The notes under the pieces are model-generated. The model saw nothing but the letters and a program-made list of their open reading frames with translations. It was not told where the DNA came from and did no database searches. Shown piece by piece: positions 54,513-63,464 of a DNA stretch of 64,000 nt. The first letter of the stretch is position 1. Each line of letters starts with the position of its first letter. This DNA comes from Patescibacteria group bacterium (lineage in GTDB: Bacteria > Patescibacteriota > Minisyncoccia > Phycocordibacterales > Phycocordibacteraceae). Made by a program: the position numbers and the translations under genes. The stretch covers positions 158,657-222,656 of the forward strand of contig JAUPKX010000007.1 in NCBI GenBank assembly GCA_030837225.1, in the 5' to 3' direction.

Positions 54513-55283
54513 ATGAACCGACTACACATACTTTGTGCACTGCTAACAATCATCCTCCTTGGAGCAAGTGCGTACTTCTATTTTCTCTACTCAGGAACCC
54601 TCATGGATTTTTCTGGCGAAAATGTAACGGAAAACACTATTGCTATCAGCGAACCGGAGACAGAAAGTGGGCTAATTTCTCACAACCGTGTTGAACCATA
54701 TGTGCCCATTTCTCCAACAGCTGTAAGAAACGGAGACCTGACCGTAGTTACTGATCCTGAGGTCGGAATCGTATTCGAGTATCCTGCCGACTGGGGACCG
54801 CTATCAGTAAAGGACGAGCGCGGAACTTGTAGTGGGCAAGTTGCTAAATCGGACCCATGTAATCAAAGAACATATAGTTTTGATCAGATAGCGGGAGGTA
54901 TTTTCATGAGCGCACAGACAGGCCTTTCAAGAAACTACCCTGTAGGTCGCGGTCCGTATTGGGGTGACAGTGCTGCAAAACTTACGAGTGAATTCATTTA
55001 CGGGCCGTACCCGCCAGGCTCAGTTTCATTATGGAAATCAGGTTCTACACTTATGATAAGCAATAGTGGTCTAAGTATTCGAAAGCTAATAGATACCAAC
55101 TACATCACCTCAGGGGATGAACCAGGCAGGGTAGTGACCTTCTATCATCTTTCTCAACCCGAAAGACCGTATCAGGGTATTCTACTCACACAGGAAAGAC
55201 TTACTGACGACACGAACTCAAACATTGGGCGCCTCTTTGAGGAAGTGCTCGTTAAAAGTCTCAAAGAGATACCCACTAATTAG
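54513..55283 (+). CDS. membrane-anchored extracellular protein, hypothetical
   Basis: Perfect TATAAT (54501-54506) 7 nt before ATG (leaderless-type); TM LHILCALLTIILLGASAYFYFLY. Confidence 0.5.
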   Translation: MNRLHILCALLTIILLGASAYFYFLYSGTLMDFSGENVTENTIAISEPETESGLISHNRVEPYVPISPTAVRNGDLTVVTDPEVGIVFEYPADWGPLSVKDERGTCSGQVAKSDPCNQRTYSFDQIAGGIFMSAQTGLSRNYPVGRGPYWGDSAAKLTSEFIYGPYPPGSVSLWKSGSTLMISNSGLSIRKLIDTNYITSGDEPGRVVTFYHLSQPERPYQGILLTQERLTDDTNSNIGRLFEEVLVKSLKEIPTN

Positions 55284-56262
55284 TACCCAAGAGATATTCC
55301 TTGCCCTTACTTGTGAGCACGCGCCCACGCGGAGACCGCTCAACAAACCCAAGTCTCAAGAGATAGGGCTCATACACATTCTCAACGGTATCGGGGTCTT
55401 CGTGTAGTGCTGAAGCTAGTGCACGGATACCAGCAGGACCGCTCTTAAAGGAATCCCTGAGTGTTGTGAGGTAGCGACGATCATCTTTGGTAAGACCCAG
55501 GGTGTCGATACCAAATAGTTCGCACGCGAGATCCGCTACTTCTGCGGAGAGTTCTTTATTCTCCACCTGCGAATAATCGCGAACACGCTTAAGAAGAGCA
55601 TTCGCAACGCGCGGTGTTGCGCGACTCCTGGAAGCAACACGTTCAATAACCTCGTCTGGGGCATTAAGACCAAGAACACCAGCCGAGCGGCGGATGATAC
55701 TTCGGAGATCCTCGTCTGTATAGAAATCGAGCTGGTATACACCGCCGCCGAACCGGGAACGAAGTGGAGAAGAGAGCTGCGCAACTCTCGTGGTTGCACC
55801 AACGAGTGTGAAAGGAGGGAGCGCGAGCTCAACCGTACGTGCGGACGGCCCTTTCCCTAGAATAATATCGAGTGATCCTGATTCAAGGGCAGGGTACAGG
55901 AGCTCTTCTACCTTAGAAGAGAGCTGGTGTATCTCGTCGATGAAAAGGACAGTGCCTGGCTCGAGATTCGTAAGGATTGAGGCCAAGTCAGCGGCACGTT
56001 CGATAGCGACGCCTGAGGTTGATTTGAGCGGAGCGTCCAGAGAAGCCGCTACAAGGTGGGCAAGGGTGGTCTTGCCGACGCCTGGCGGGCCATAGAATAG
56101 AATATGTTCCGGCATGTCTCCGCGCATGCGCGCAGCCTCCAAAACGACGGAAACATTGGCTTTTACGTGACCCTGGCCCACATAATCGTCCCAGGTAGAG
56201 GGCCGAAGCGCACTATCCAGGGCCTGATCACGGAGCTTAGGTAGGTCAGTAGGGCTTGACAT
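55276..56262 (-). CDS. ruvB: Holliday junction branch-migration ATPase RuvB
   Basis: Walker A GPPGVGKTTLA, Walker B LFIDEIH, sensor and winged-helix C-terminus. Confidence 0.95.
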   Translation of the reverse strand: MSSPTDLPKLRDQALDSALRPSTWDDYVGQGHVKANVSVVLEAARMRGDMPEHILFYGPPGVGKTTLAHLVAASLDAPLKSTSGVAIERAADLASILTNLEPGTVLFIDEIHQLSSKVEELLYPALESGSLDIILGKGPSARTVELALPPFTLVGATTRVAQLSSPLRSRFGGGVYQLDFYTDEDLRSIIRRSAGVLGLNAPDEVIERVASRSRATPRVANALLKRVRDYSQVENKELSAEVADLACELFGIDTLGLTKDDRRYLTTLRDSFKSGPAGIRALASALHEDPDTVENVYEPYLLRLGFVERSPRGRVLTSKGKEYLLGTN

Positions 56263-56507
56263 AAAGTTGCACTATGCTAGTATTCTAACACACCGGCTCC
56301 TTCATAAGGGCCGAATTTCTTTTTAGATCGCACATAGCACCCTCTAGGCAAGGCTTGACGGCTTCAGGGCGTTTCCCCAAGGACCATTTGGTACCGCGCT
56401 TGTTCGCGGCTCGCTGGATGCATCCTCAGGCGACTCGTCCGCCTTTCCATTGCGGAAAGGAGTGCCTGGAGGGTACTGCGCACGATCTCGAGAGAAGGCA
56501 CAGGAAC

Positions 56508-56538
56508 AAAACGCACGCTACGGCGTGCGTTTTGTGTT
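56508..56538 (+). terminator. intrinsic terminator-like hairpin in ruvB-upstream intergenic region
   Basis: AACGCACGC-tacg-GCGTGCGTT followed by TTGTGTT. Confidence 0.4.
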
Positions 56539-56565
56539 GTTCTCCGCGAGCATGCCTTTGCTCCT

Positions 56566-56769
56566 GTGAACTGGTATCCTTGCAGCATGACCTCGAACGA
56601 TACTCAGCAGCTCTATAGAGAGACCGCCGCCGTGCTTTCTAAGGAGCATGCAGAAGCTGCGGCAGAGATTAGGCAGGGCATGATTGCCCTTCAGGAAACG
56701 ATTGCTTCTCAGGGTGCTGCAGAGAAGCGTTCCTCTCTGCTCGCACGGCTTTTCAATGGAAACGCATGA
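56566..56769 (+). CDS. small hypothetical protein, translationally coupled to next gene
   Basis: Stop overlaps next ATG (ATGA); alternative start MTSNDTQ at 56587. Confidence 0.3.
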   Translation: MNWYPCSMTSNDTQQLYRETAAVLSKEHAEAAAEIRQGMIALQETIASQGAAEKRSSLLARLFNGNA

Positions 56770-57455
56770 GTTACGAAGACATGTCGCTTGAATCTTATGG
56801 GCCCTCTGGCTCCGACCCTGTACCCGAGCTCACAACGTTTGATAGTATCGAGCATCATGCACAGACACTAGAAAGCGTGATGGATGAGCGCGAAGCAGAG
56901 CTCTTACGAACATTCGAAACAATACACACGCAAACTCCTGAGCAGGAGAGAGTTCTAGAGGCACTTAAAGAACGGACGCTTGCGCTTTCAGGCCCGCGGA
57001 TTGATTTAAAGATAGCTGCACAAACGGCTGCGCTGACGGTAGCTCTCGAAGGTCTTATGTCAGGAACAGAAGACCGCTCGCCAGAGAGTGAGCTACAAGC
57101 AGCGCGGCTTATGACAAAGAATCCAGAACTCGCAGACATGCTCATGCAAAGGATTTTTGCCATGCCAGAGCATCTCGGACATGAGGGATCTCACACCTCT
57201 GAAGCGAATACAAAACTACGTGCTGAAGCAAAAGAAGTGCTTCAGGAGATGGAGGGCTCCGACAGCAAGGTTTTTAAAGGTGTTGCTCTCCGTACCGCAG
57301 AGCGGATAACGCGAGCGCTTATAAGTGCAGGCACACTTGGTGTTGGAGGAATTGTGTATGATTCTGCGAAGGATCTGTACGTGAATCTGCGCGCACGGAG
57401 TGAACTACGAACGAAGCAGAGACTCATGGCGTCTACTACCATTCTTACGTCTTAA
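56766..57455 (+). CDS. hypothetical protein (229 aa)
   Basis: Helical, acidic; no recognised domain. Confidence 0.45.
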   Translation: MSYEDMSLESYGPSGSDPVPELTTFDSIEHHAQTLESVMDEREAELLRTFETIHTQTPEQERVLEALKERTLALSGPRIDLKIAAQTAALTVALEGLMSGTEDRSPESELQAARLMTKNPELADMLMQRIFAMPEHLGHEGSHTSEANTKLRAEAKEVLQEMEGSDSKVFKGVALRTAERITRALISAGTLGVGGIVYDSAKDLYVNLRARSELRTKQRLMASTTILTS

Positions 57456-59134
57456 TCTCGCGGAAGATCGACAACCCTAAACACCTCGTCGAGCGACGTT
57501 TGTCCCTCAATCGCTTTCAATACGCCGTCCTGCGCCATGGTGAGGAATCCCTGGCGACGTACCGACTTCGCAATGTCGCCCTCGCTCGGATTGTCTCTAA
57601 GGAAGTTTCCAAGCTCGTCGTCCATGAATATAACTTCATGGACGCCCTTTCGGCCCTTGTAGCCTGTCTCTTCAGCGCTCTTTGGATCAGGTGCCCAGAC
57701 TAAATCTATCGATGCAGGAAGGAGACTCTTGTCCTCAACGGTTGAGAGTACCTTCTCCATGAGTCGCTTCTGCTCGTCGGTCGCGGGCACTTGTTTACGA
57801 CTTTCAGGGTCAAGGGTGCGTACGAGACGCTGGGCCATAGCAACCGAGATTGCGGATGCGAACGTCTTCGGATCAACGCCGAGATCGACGAGACGAGGGA
57901 AGGTACCAGCGGCATTGTTGGTATGAAGTGTCGAGAAGACGAAGTGCCCGGTGAGAGCAGCCTGCACTGCGGTTGCTGCAACCTCAGCGTCACGCACCTC
58001 TCCAACCATAATCACATCAGGGTCTTGGCGAAGTACGGAACGAAGTCCCGAGGCGAAGGTGTACTGCTTGCCGTCAGTCTGCGTCTGCACGATGCCAGGG
58101 AGGTGGTACTCAACCGGGTCTTCAATCGTAACGATCTTAATCTCTGGGGTATGGATGTGGCGAAGGAACGCGTAGAGCGTCGTTGTCTTTCCGGATCCTG
58201 TCGGTCCCGTAACGAGGAGCATGCCGGTTGGGCGCGTAATCTCAGTCTTCAGACGTTCAAGCAGGTTCGTGCGGATGCCCAGATTTTCAAACGAGACGCC
58301 GAGGATGCTTGGGTCGAGAATACGCATAACAAAAGACTCACCGTATGCTCCAGGAATAAGTGACGTACGGATTTCAACTTCGGTATCTCCTACGGGCACG
58401 GAGAACCGACCATCTTGTGCGCGGTCCCGGATATTAATTTTGAGTCCCGAGAGAAGCTTGATGCGAGACGCAAAGAGGTTATAGGTATGGGCATCAAAGG
58501 TATATGCGTCCATAAGAGAGCCGTCGACACGGAGTCTCAATCGTATGCCAGTTTCCTCCGGTTCGATGTGAATGTCGGACGCCTTGAGTGCGAATGCAGT
58601 AGCGAGGATGAACTCAAGTACACGCGATACTTGGGCTCGCGCACCAGCCTTAAGTGTTTCGTCGAGCTGGCTGCGGAGCGCAGCGAGGCTCGTAAGCGTC
58701 CCGCGGAGTTCGTGGAGTTCATCGCCGCGAATATCGAAGACACCTGCTTTCGATTCGCTTGCGAGTGAGAGTTCAGCATAGCGTGCATACGCTTTGTCGA
58801 GGGATTTATTTGAGACCAAGAAACGGGAGAGAATAAATCCTTGTGACTCGAGTGCGTGCTCAATCTGCGTAAGTGTGATGTTGCTCGGGTTTCTGAGTGC
58901 TATGGAGAGATGCTTGCCAGACTTTTCAAATGCTACAACTTCAGCTTCGCGCGCCTCTTTCTCAGGGATGAGACGAAGCGCATCCACATTGAGCGGCATG
59001 ATAGTGAGGTCGGTATAGGTGAGTCCGTATTTCTCGGACAGCACGCGCGCCAGGTCCTCTTCTTCTTGTTCACGCAAGGACGCGAGCTTCGCGTCTTCAG
59101 CATCGGTATCAAAATGTGCAGGCATTAGCACCAT
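57452..59134 (-). CDS. GspE/PilB-family secretion ATPase (second paralog)
   Basis: Walker A VTGPTGSGKTTTLY, Asp/His boxes, N-terminal GspII-like domain. Confidence 0.85.
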   Translation of the reverse strand: MVLMPAHFDTDAEDAKLASLREQEEEDLARVLSEKYGLTYTDLTIMPLNVDALRLIPEKEAREAEVVAFEKSGKHLSIALRNPSNITLTQIEHALESQGFILSRFLVSNKSLDKAYARYAELSLASESKAGVFDIRGDELHELRGTLTSLAALRSQLDETLKAGARAQVSRVLEFILATAFALKASDIHIEPEETGIRLRLRVDGSLMDAYTFDAHTYNLFASRIKLLSGLKINIRDRAQDGRFSVPVGDTEVEIRTSLIPGAYGESFVMRILDPSILGVSFENLGIRTNLLERLKTEITRPTGMLLVTGPTGSGKTTTLYAFLRHIHTPEIKIVTIEDPVEYHLPGIVQTQTDGKQYTFASGLRSVLRQDPDVIMVGEVRDAEVAATAVQAALTGHFVFSTLHTNNAAGTFPRLVDLGVDPKTFASAISVAMAQRLVRTLDPESRKQVPATDEQKRLMEKVLSTVEDKSLLPASIDLVWAPDPKSAEETGYKGRKGVHEVIFMDDELGNFLRDNPSEGDIAKSVRRQGFLTMAQDGVLKAIEGQTSLDEVFRVVDLPRD

Positions 59135-59160
59135 AATACCGCGCCCTGGAGCGCGTTCCT

Positions 59161-59625
59161 ATGCTGCTTGGTACAATTAGGGACATGAGACCAGCCCGTA
59201 CGATACAGGACCTCCAAGACCTTGAAGCGGAGGCTCGAGAGTTTGTGTCTGCACTCCAACCAAAACAAGACAGTGCGACGTTCGTTACGCTCTCAGGGAA
59301 CCTTGGGGCCGGGAAGACGGCGTTTACGCAAGCCGTTGCGCGAACGCTCGGTGTCCTCGAGCCCGTTACGAGTCCCACCTTTGTACTTGCGAAGTCATAC
59401 GACCTTTCTGGAAAAGAGTTTTCTAAACTCGTGCACATCGATGCGTACCGTCTTACGAAAGGGAAGGAGCTTCGTGCGCTCGATTTCACACATACGCTTG
59501 AAGATCCTCGAACACTCGTGATACTTGAGTGGCCAGAGATGGTAGAGGACGGGCTTCCACACGCTGACGTCGCCATAACTCTCACAGTGCGCTCAGACAC
59601 CGAACGCGACATAGCCTATGCCTAA
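59161..59625 (+). CDS. tsaE: tRNA threonylcarbamoyladenosine biosynthesis protein TsaE
   Basis: P-loop GNLGAGKT and SPTF motifs. Confidence 0.75.
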   Translation: MLLGTIRDMRPARTIQDLQDLEAEAREFVSALQPKQDSATFVTLSGNLGAGKTAFTQAVARTLGVLEPVTSPTFVLAKSYDLSGKEFSKLVHIDAYRLTKGKELRALDFTHTLEDPRTLVILEWPEMVEDGLPHADVAITLTVRSDTERDIAYA

Positions 59626-61999
59626 GAACCCGAACACAACTCGGCTCGTTCTTCTCGACGCACATGCGATTATCCATCGCGCGTATCATGCGCTCCCTGA
59701 CTTTACGGCGCCCGACGGACAACCAACCGGTGCGCTCTACGGGCTGTCTTCGATGTTGCTTCGGATCGCAACAGATCTAAAGCCTGACTACATTGTTGCG
59801 TGCTACGACTTGGCTGGCCCAACTGTTCGCCACGAGGCATACGCGGAATACAAAGGTACGCGCTCTGCGATAGATGACTCACTCATTGCGCAACTCAATT
59901 CGTCTCGCAATGTGTTCAAGGCATTCTCAGTGCCGATCTACGAGAAGCAGGGATTCGAAGCGGACGATATCCTCGGCACCATCGTTGAGAAATTGAAGGA
60001 CGACCCGTCAATCGAAATCATCATCGCCTCGGGCGACATGGATACCATGCAGCTGATAACAGGAAAGAAGGTGCAGGTTTACACCCTTAAGAAAGGTTTG
60101 AACGACACCATCCTTTACGATGAGAAGGCGGTAGAAGAGCGCTACGGATTCCTGCCTGCACTCATCGCTGATTACAAAGGCCTTCGGGGCGATCCCTCGG
60201 ACAACATCAAGGGCGTGCCCGGCATCGGCGAGAAGACGGGAACCGAACTCATACAGAAGTTCGGCTCTGTTGAGGATATCTACAAGGCGATTAAGAAAGA
60301 CGAAGCCGCAGTACTCGCAGCCGGCATCAAGCCACGCATCGTGAACCTCCTTAAGGAGCACGAGGAGGATGCGCTCTTCTCGAAATCCCTCGCAACAATT
60401 CGTCTTGATGCACCAATAACGTTTGCGATGCCTGCAAAAGTTTGGAAGGAGACTATCGCGACTGAAAAACTACTCGCTCTTTTTGATGAGCTTGGGTTCC
60501 GTTCCCTCAAGCCGCGCGTTAGGTCGCTCCTTGGAGGAGAGGACGACACCGAAGACGAGGAGGTACGTGAAGAAGCTGCAGAAGAAAACATCCCGCTCGA
60601 TCGGCTGCAAGAAGCGAAGGTAATGCTTTGGCTTTTGTATTCTGATTTTACAAACCCAACTCTCGACGACATACTCGCGTACACCAAAGCAAAAGATTTC
60701 GATGAGGCATACACAGCACTTGAGAAGGGACTTGCTGAGACCGGACGCTTGAGGGAGCTCTACGACACCATCGAGAAACCGCTCGTGCCGATCTTAGAGG
60801 AAATGAAGCAGTGCGGCGTGCGTATTGATACGAACGTGCTTGAGACACTGCGAAAAACATATCGCAAAGAGCTCGAGACTATAGAAGCGCGCGTGTACAA
60901 GGCAGCCGGGCACGAATTCAACATAAGCTCGCCGAAGCAGCTGGGAGACGTTTTGTTCGACGAGATGGAACTAACCGCAAAAGGGCAGAAGAAGACCGCT
61001 ACGGGCCAGCGCTCAACCAAGGAATCGGAACTTGAGAAGATAAAAGATTTGCATCCGATTGTTTCAGACGTGCTCGAGTTCCGTGGGCTCCTGAAGCTCC
61101 TCTCTACCTATATAGAAGCGCTGCCGCCGCTACTCGATGAAGGCAGTCGTCTCCATGCGGAGTTCTTGCAGACGGGTACCGTTACGGGGCGCATGGCGAG
61201 CCAGAACCCGAATCTGCAGAACATACCGATACGTACCGATCGTGGACGCGCGATTAGAAACGCATTTATTCCCCGCGACGGCTATACGCTCGTTGGTATC
61301 GACTATTCGCAGGTGGAATTGCGCATTGCAGCGATTCTCTCAAGGGACGAGAAGCTTGAAGCAATATTCAAGAGTGGGCGTGATGTGCACACCGAGGTAG
61401 CTGCCGCTGTGTTCAAGGTTCCGGCAGAAAGTGTGGATCGCGAGATGCGTCGCCGTGCGAAGATCATCAACTTTGGCATCCTCTACGGCATGGGCGTGAA
61501 TGCACTGAAGACGCAGCTCGGCACGTCGCTTGCTGAAGCCCATACGTTCTATGACGACTACTTTGCAACGTTCGATACGCTCGCGAAGTATCTTGAATCG
61601 ACTCGTGGTTACGCGCGCAAGCATGGGTACACCGAGACGTTGTTCGGAAGAAGGCGCCAGTTCCCAGAAATGAAGTCGTCGTTGCCGTACGTACGAGCAC
61701 AAGCGGAGCGTATGGCAATTAACGCGCCCATTCAAGGCACCCAAGCAGACCTCATAAAGCGGGCCATGGTTGAGGTTGATAGGGTGCTCAGGGAGAGCGG
61801 AGACCGCGAGGACGCACACCTTTTGCTTCAGGTACATGACGAACTCGTGTATGAGGTGCGTGCTGAACGCGCACAGGAACTCGGTAATCGCATTAAGGAT
61901 GTGATGGAGCAGGCGTTTCCTATGGAGCTCACAAACGGCGTACCGATACTCGCTGACGCGAAGCAGGGAGCGAACTGGGGCGACATGCAACCACTATGA
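59618..61999 (+). CDS. polA: DNA polymerase I (5'-3' exonuclease + polymerase domains)
   Basis: FEN-like N-terminus, polymerase motifs A (DYSQVELR), B (RRRAKIINFGILYG), C (LQVHDEL). Confidence 0.95.
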   Translation: MPKNPNTTRLVLLDAHAIIHRAYHALPDFTAPDGQPTGALYGLSSMLLRIATDLKPDYIVACYDLAGPTVRHEAYAEYKGTRSAIDDSLIAQLNSSRNVFKAFSVPIYEKQGFEADDILGTIVEKLKDDPSIEIIIASGDMDTMQLITGKKVQVYTLKKGLNDTILYDEKAVEERYGFLPALIADYKGLRGDPSDNIKGVPGIGEKTGTELIQKFGSVEDIYKAIKKDEAAVLAAGIKPRIVNLLKEHEEDALFSKSLATIRLDAPITFAMPAKVWKETIATEKLLALFDELGFRSLKPRVRSLLGGEDDTEDEEVREEAAEENIPLDRLQEAKVMLWLLYSDFTNPTLDDILAYTKAKDFDEAYTALEKGLAETGRLRELYDTIEKPLVPILEEMKQCGVRIDTNVLETLRKTYRKELETIEARVYKAAGHEFNISSPKQLGDVLFDEMELTAKGQKKTATGQRSTKESELEKIKDLHPIVSDVLEFRGLLKLLSTYIEALPPLLDEGSRLHAEFLQTGTVTGRMASQNPNLQNIPIRTDRGRAIRNAFIPRDGYTLVGIDYSQVELRIAAILSRDEKLEAIFKSGRDVHTEVAAAVFKVPAESVDREMRRRAKIINFGILYGMGVNALKTQLGTSLAEAHTFYDDYFATFDTLAKYLESTRGYARKHGYTETLFGRRRQFPEMKSSLPYVRAQAERMAINAPIQGTQADLIKRAMVEVDRVLRESGDREDAHLLLQVHDELVYEVRAERAQELGNRIKDVMEQAFPMELTNGVPILADAKQGANWGDMQPL

Positions 62000-62646
62000 T
62001 TTATCTCTTCCACGGAACTGATACCGGAAAGACGCGTGCCAAGGCGTTTGCGTGGATTGCAGCGGTACGAGCAAAAGCACCAGAGGCCGCGTACATCAGG
62101 CTCCAAGGAAGCCAGATAACGGAGGAAGCACTTCGCGATGCTATTAGCGCGCAGGGACTCTTCTTCGCGAAGTCTTTGATACTCCTTGATGACCCATTTT
62201 CCGACGAGAGTGCCGGAGAGATCATGCTCTCAATGCTTGATCTTCTGGCTGCGTCCGAGAATCCAGTAGGTATACTCGCACCAAAGCTTCTCGCAGCTCG
62301 TGCAAAGAAACTTGAAGCGGTTGCAACAAAAGTTTTTAAAGAAGATGCAGTACCGAAGCGCGATAGGGGATTCAATAGTGCGCTTGTGAACGCGCTTGGC
62401 TCTAAAGACGGGAAAACGTTGTGGAAGGAGCTTGTGAAAGCGGAACGTCTGGGCGACGTACCGGAAATAACGCACGGACTTTTGCACTGGAAGGCACGCG
62501 ACATGATGCAAAAGGGAAATACAAAATGGGGGAAAGAAGGCGCACGTGAGTTATCCGTCTCGCTTATAGAGCTCCTGTCCGATGCGCGATCGGGGGACCT
62601 TCCGCTCGGTCCATCGCTTGAGCGCTTCGCGCTCTCTTTACGATAA
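61996..62646 (+). CDS. holA: DNA polymerase III delta subunit-like protein (short)
   Basis: N-terminus MIYLFHGTDT typical of HolA; start overlaps polA stop (ATGA); only 216 aa. Confidence 0.5.
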   Translation: MIYLFHGTDTGKTRAKAFAWIAAVRAKAPEAAYIRLQGSQITEEALRDAISAQGLFFAKSLILLDDPFSDESAGEIMLSMLDLLAASENPVGILAPKLLAARAKKLEAVATKVFKEDAVPKRDRGFNSALVNALGSKDGKTLWKELVKAERLGDVPEITHGLLHWKARDMMQKGNTKWGKEGARELSVSLIELLSDARSGDLPLGPSLERFALSLR

Positions 62647-62693
62647 GTTAGACTCCCACCCGCCCGGCAATATTTTGAGGCTATAATAGCCTC

Positions 62694-63254
62694 ATGGAAT
62701 ACCGAGAGATTGAAGTTAGATTTCTTAACATAGATAAAGAAGCTTTGGTCCAGAAGCTAGAGAAGGTGGGTGCTGAGGACCTAGAAGAAAGTCTTCTCGA
62801 TGAACGAATCATTTATGATGAAGCATTTACGTGGCGCGATGGAATCCACAAGATACTTCGTCTACGCACCGTGGATGGAAAAACTCATCTAACATACAAG
62901 CACCGAACAGAAATAACTGCGACAGGCACTGAGGAGATTGAGTTTGAGGTTGGGAATATAGACGCTGCAGAGGCCCTACTTCAAAGACTTGGTTATGTTG
63001 CTTTCAGGCACCAACAGAAACTTCGCCATACGTTCCGTCTTGGAGAGGTTCTCGTTGAAATTGATACCTGGCCAAGAGTCCCTGCATACGTAGAACTCGA
63101 AGGTCCTAGCGAAGAAGCGCTAAAGGAGACAGCAAAAGCACTCGAGCTCGACTGGAATACAGTGGAGATGAGGAGTCCCAGAACAGTTATTGAGGAGGTA
63201 TATAACATTCCAGTAGGCCAGATGCGCTGGTTTACGTTTGATAGGTTTGAATAA
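62694..63254 (+). CDS. CYTH-domain protein (triphosphate tunnel metalloenzyme)
   Basis: EIEVRFL (ExExK-type) N-terminal motif and beta-barrel-consistent pattern. Confidence 0.75.
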   Translation: MEYREIEVRFLNIDKEALVQKLEKVGAEDLEESLLDERIIYDEAFTWRDGIHKILRLRTVDGKTHLTYKHRTEITATGTEEIEFEVGNIDAAEALLQRLGYVAFRHQQKLRHTFRLGEVLVEIDTWPRVPAYVELEGPSEEALKETAKALELDWNTVEMRSPRTVIEEVYNIPVGQMRWFTFDRFE

Positions 63255-63256
63255 AG

Positions 63257-63281
63257 GTTCCAACATCGTCCCAGACATCCA
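63257..63281 (+). repeat. 25-bp motif GTTCCAACATCGTCCCAGACATCCA (copy e)
   Basis: First 20 nt identical to copies a/b; 45 nt upstream of tRNA-Lys. Confidence 0.75.
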
Positions 63282-63325
63282 GCAGATAGAAATCGGAACC
63301 TGCATCTGCTACAGTAGTAAGGTAT

Positions 63326-63397
63326 GCGCCTGTAGCTCAGCGGTAGAGCAACGGACTTTTAATCCGCAGGTCGATGGTTCGATCCCATCCGGGCGCA
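63326..63397 (+). tRNA. tRNA-Lys (anticodon TTT), no CCA encoded
   Basis: GCGCCTGTAGCTCAGCGGTAGAGCAACGGACTTTTAATCCGCAGGTCGATGGTTCGATCCCATCCGGGCGCA. Confidence 0.85.
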
Positions 63398-63464
63398 CAT
63401 GGCACCTTCGTTCAAAGAACAATGTATCTCACTGCGCAAACAAGACCACTCAATCGTGGAAATC

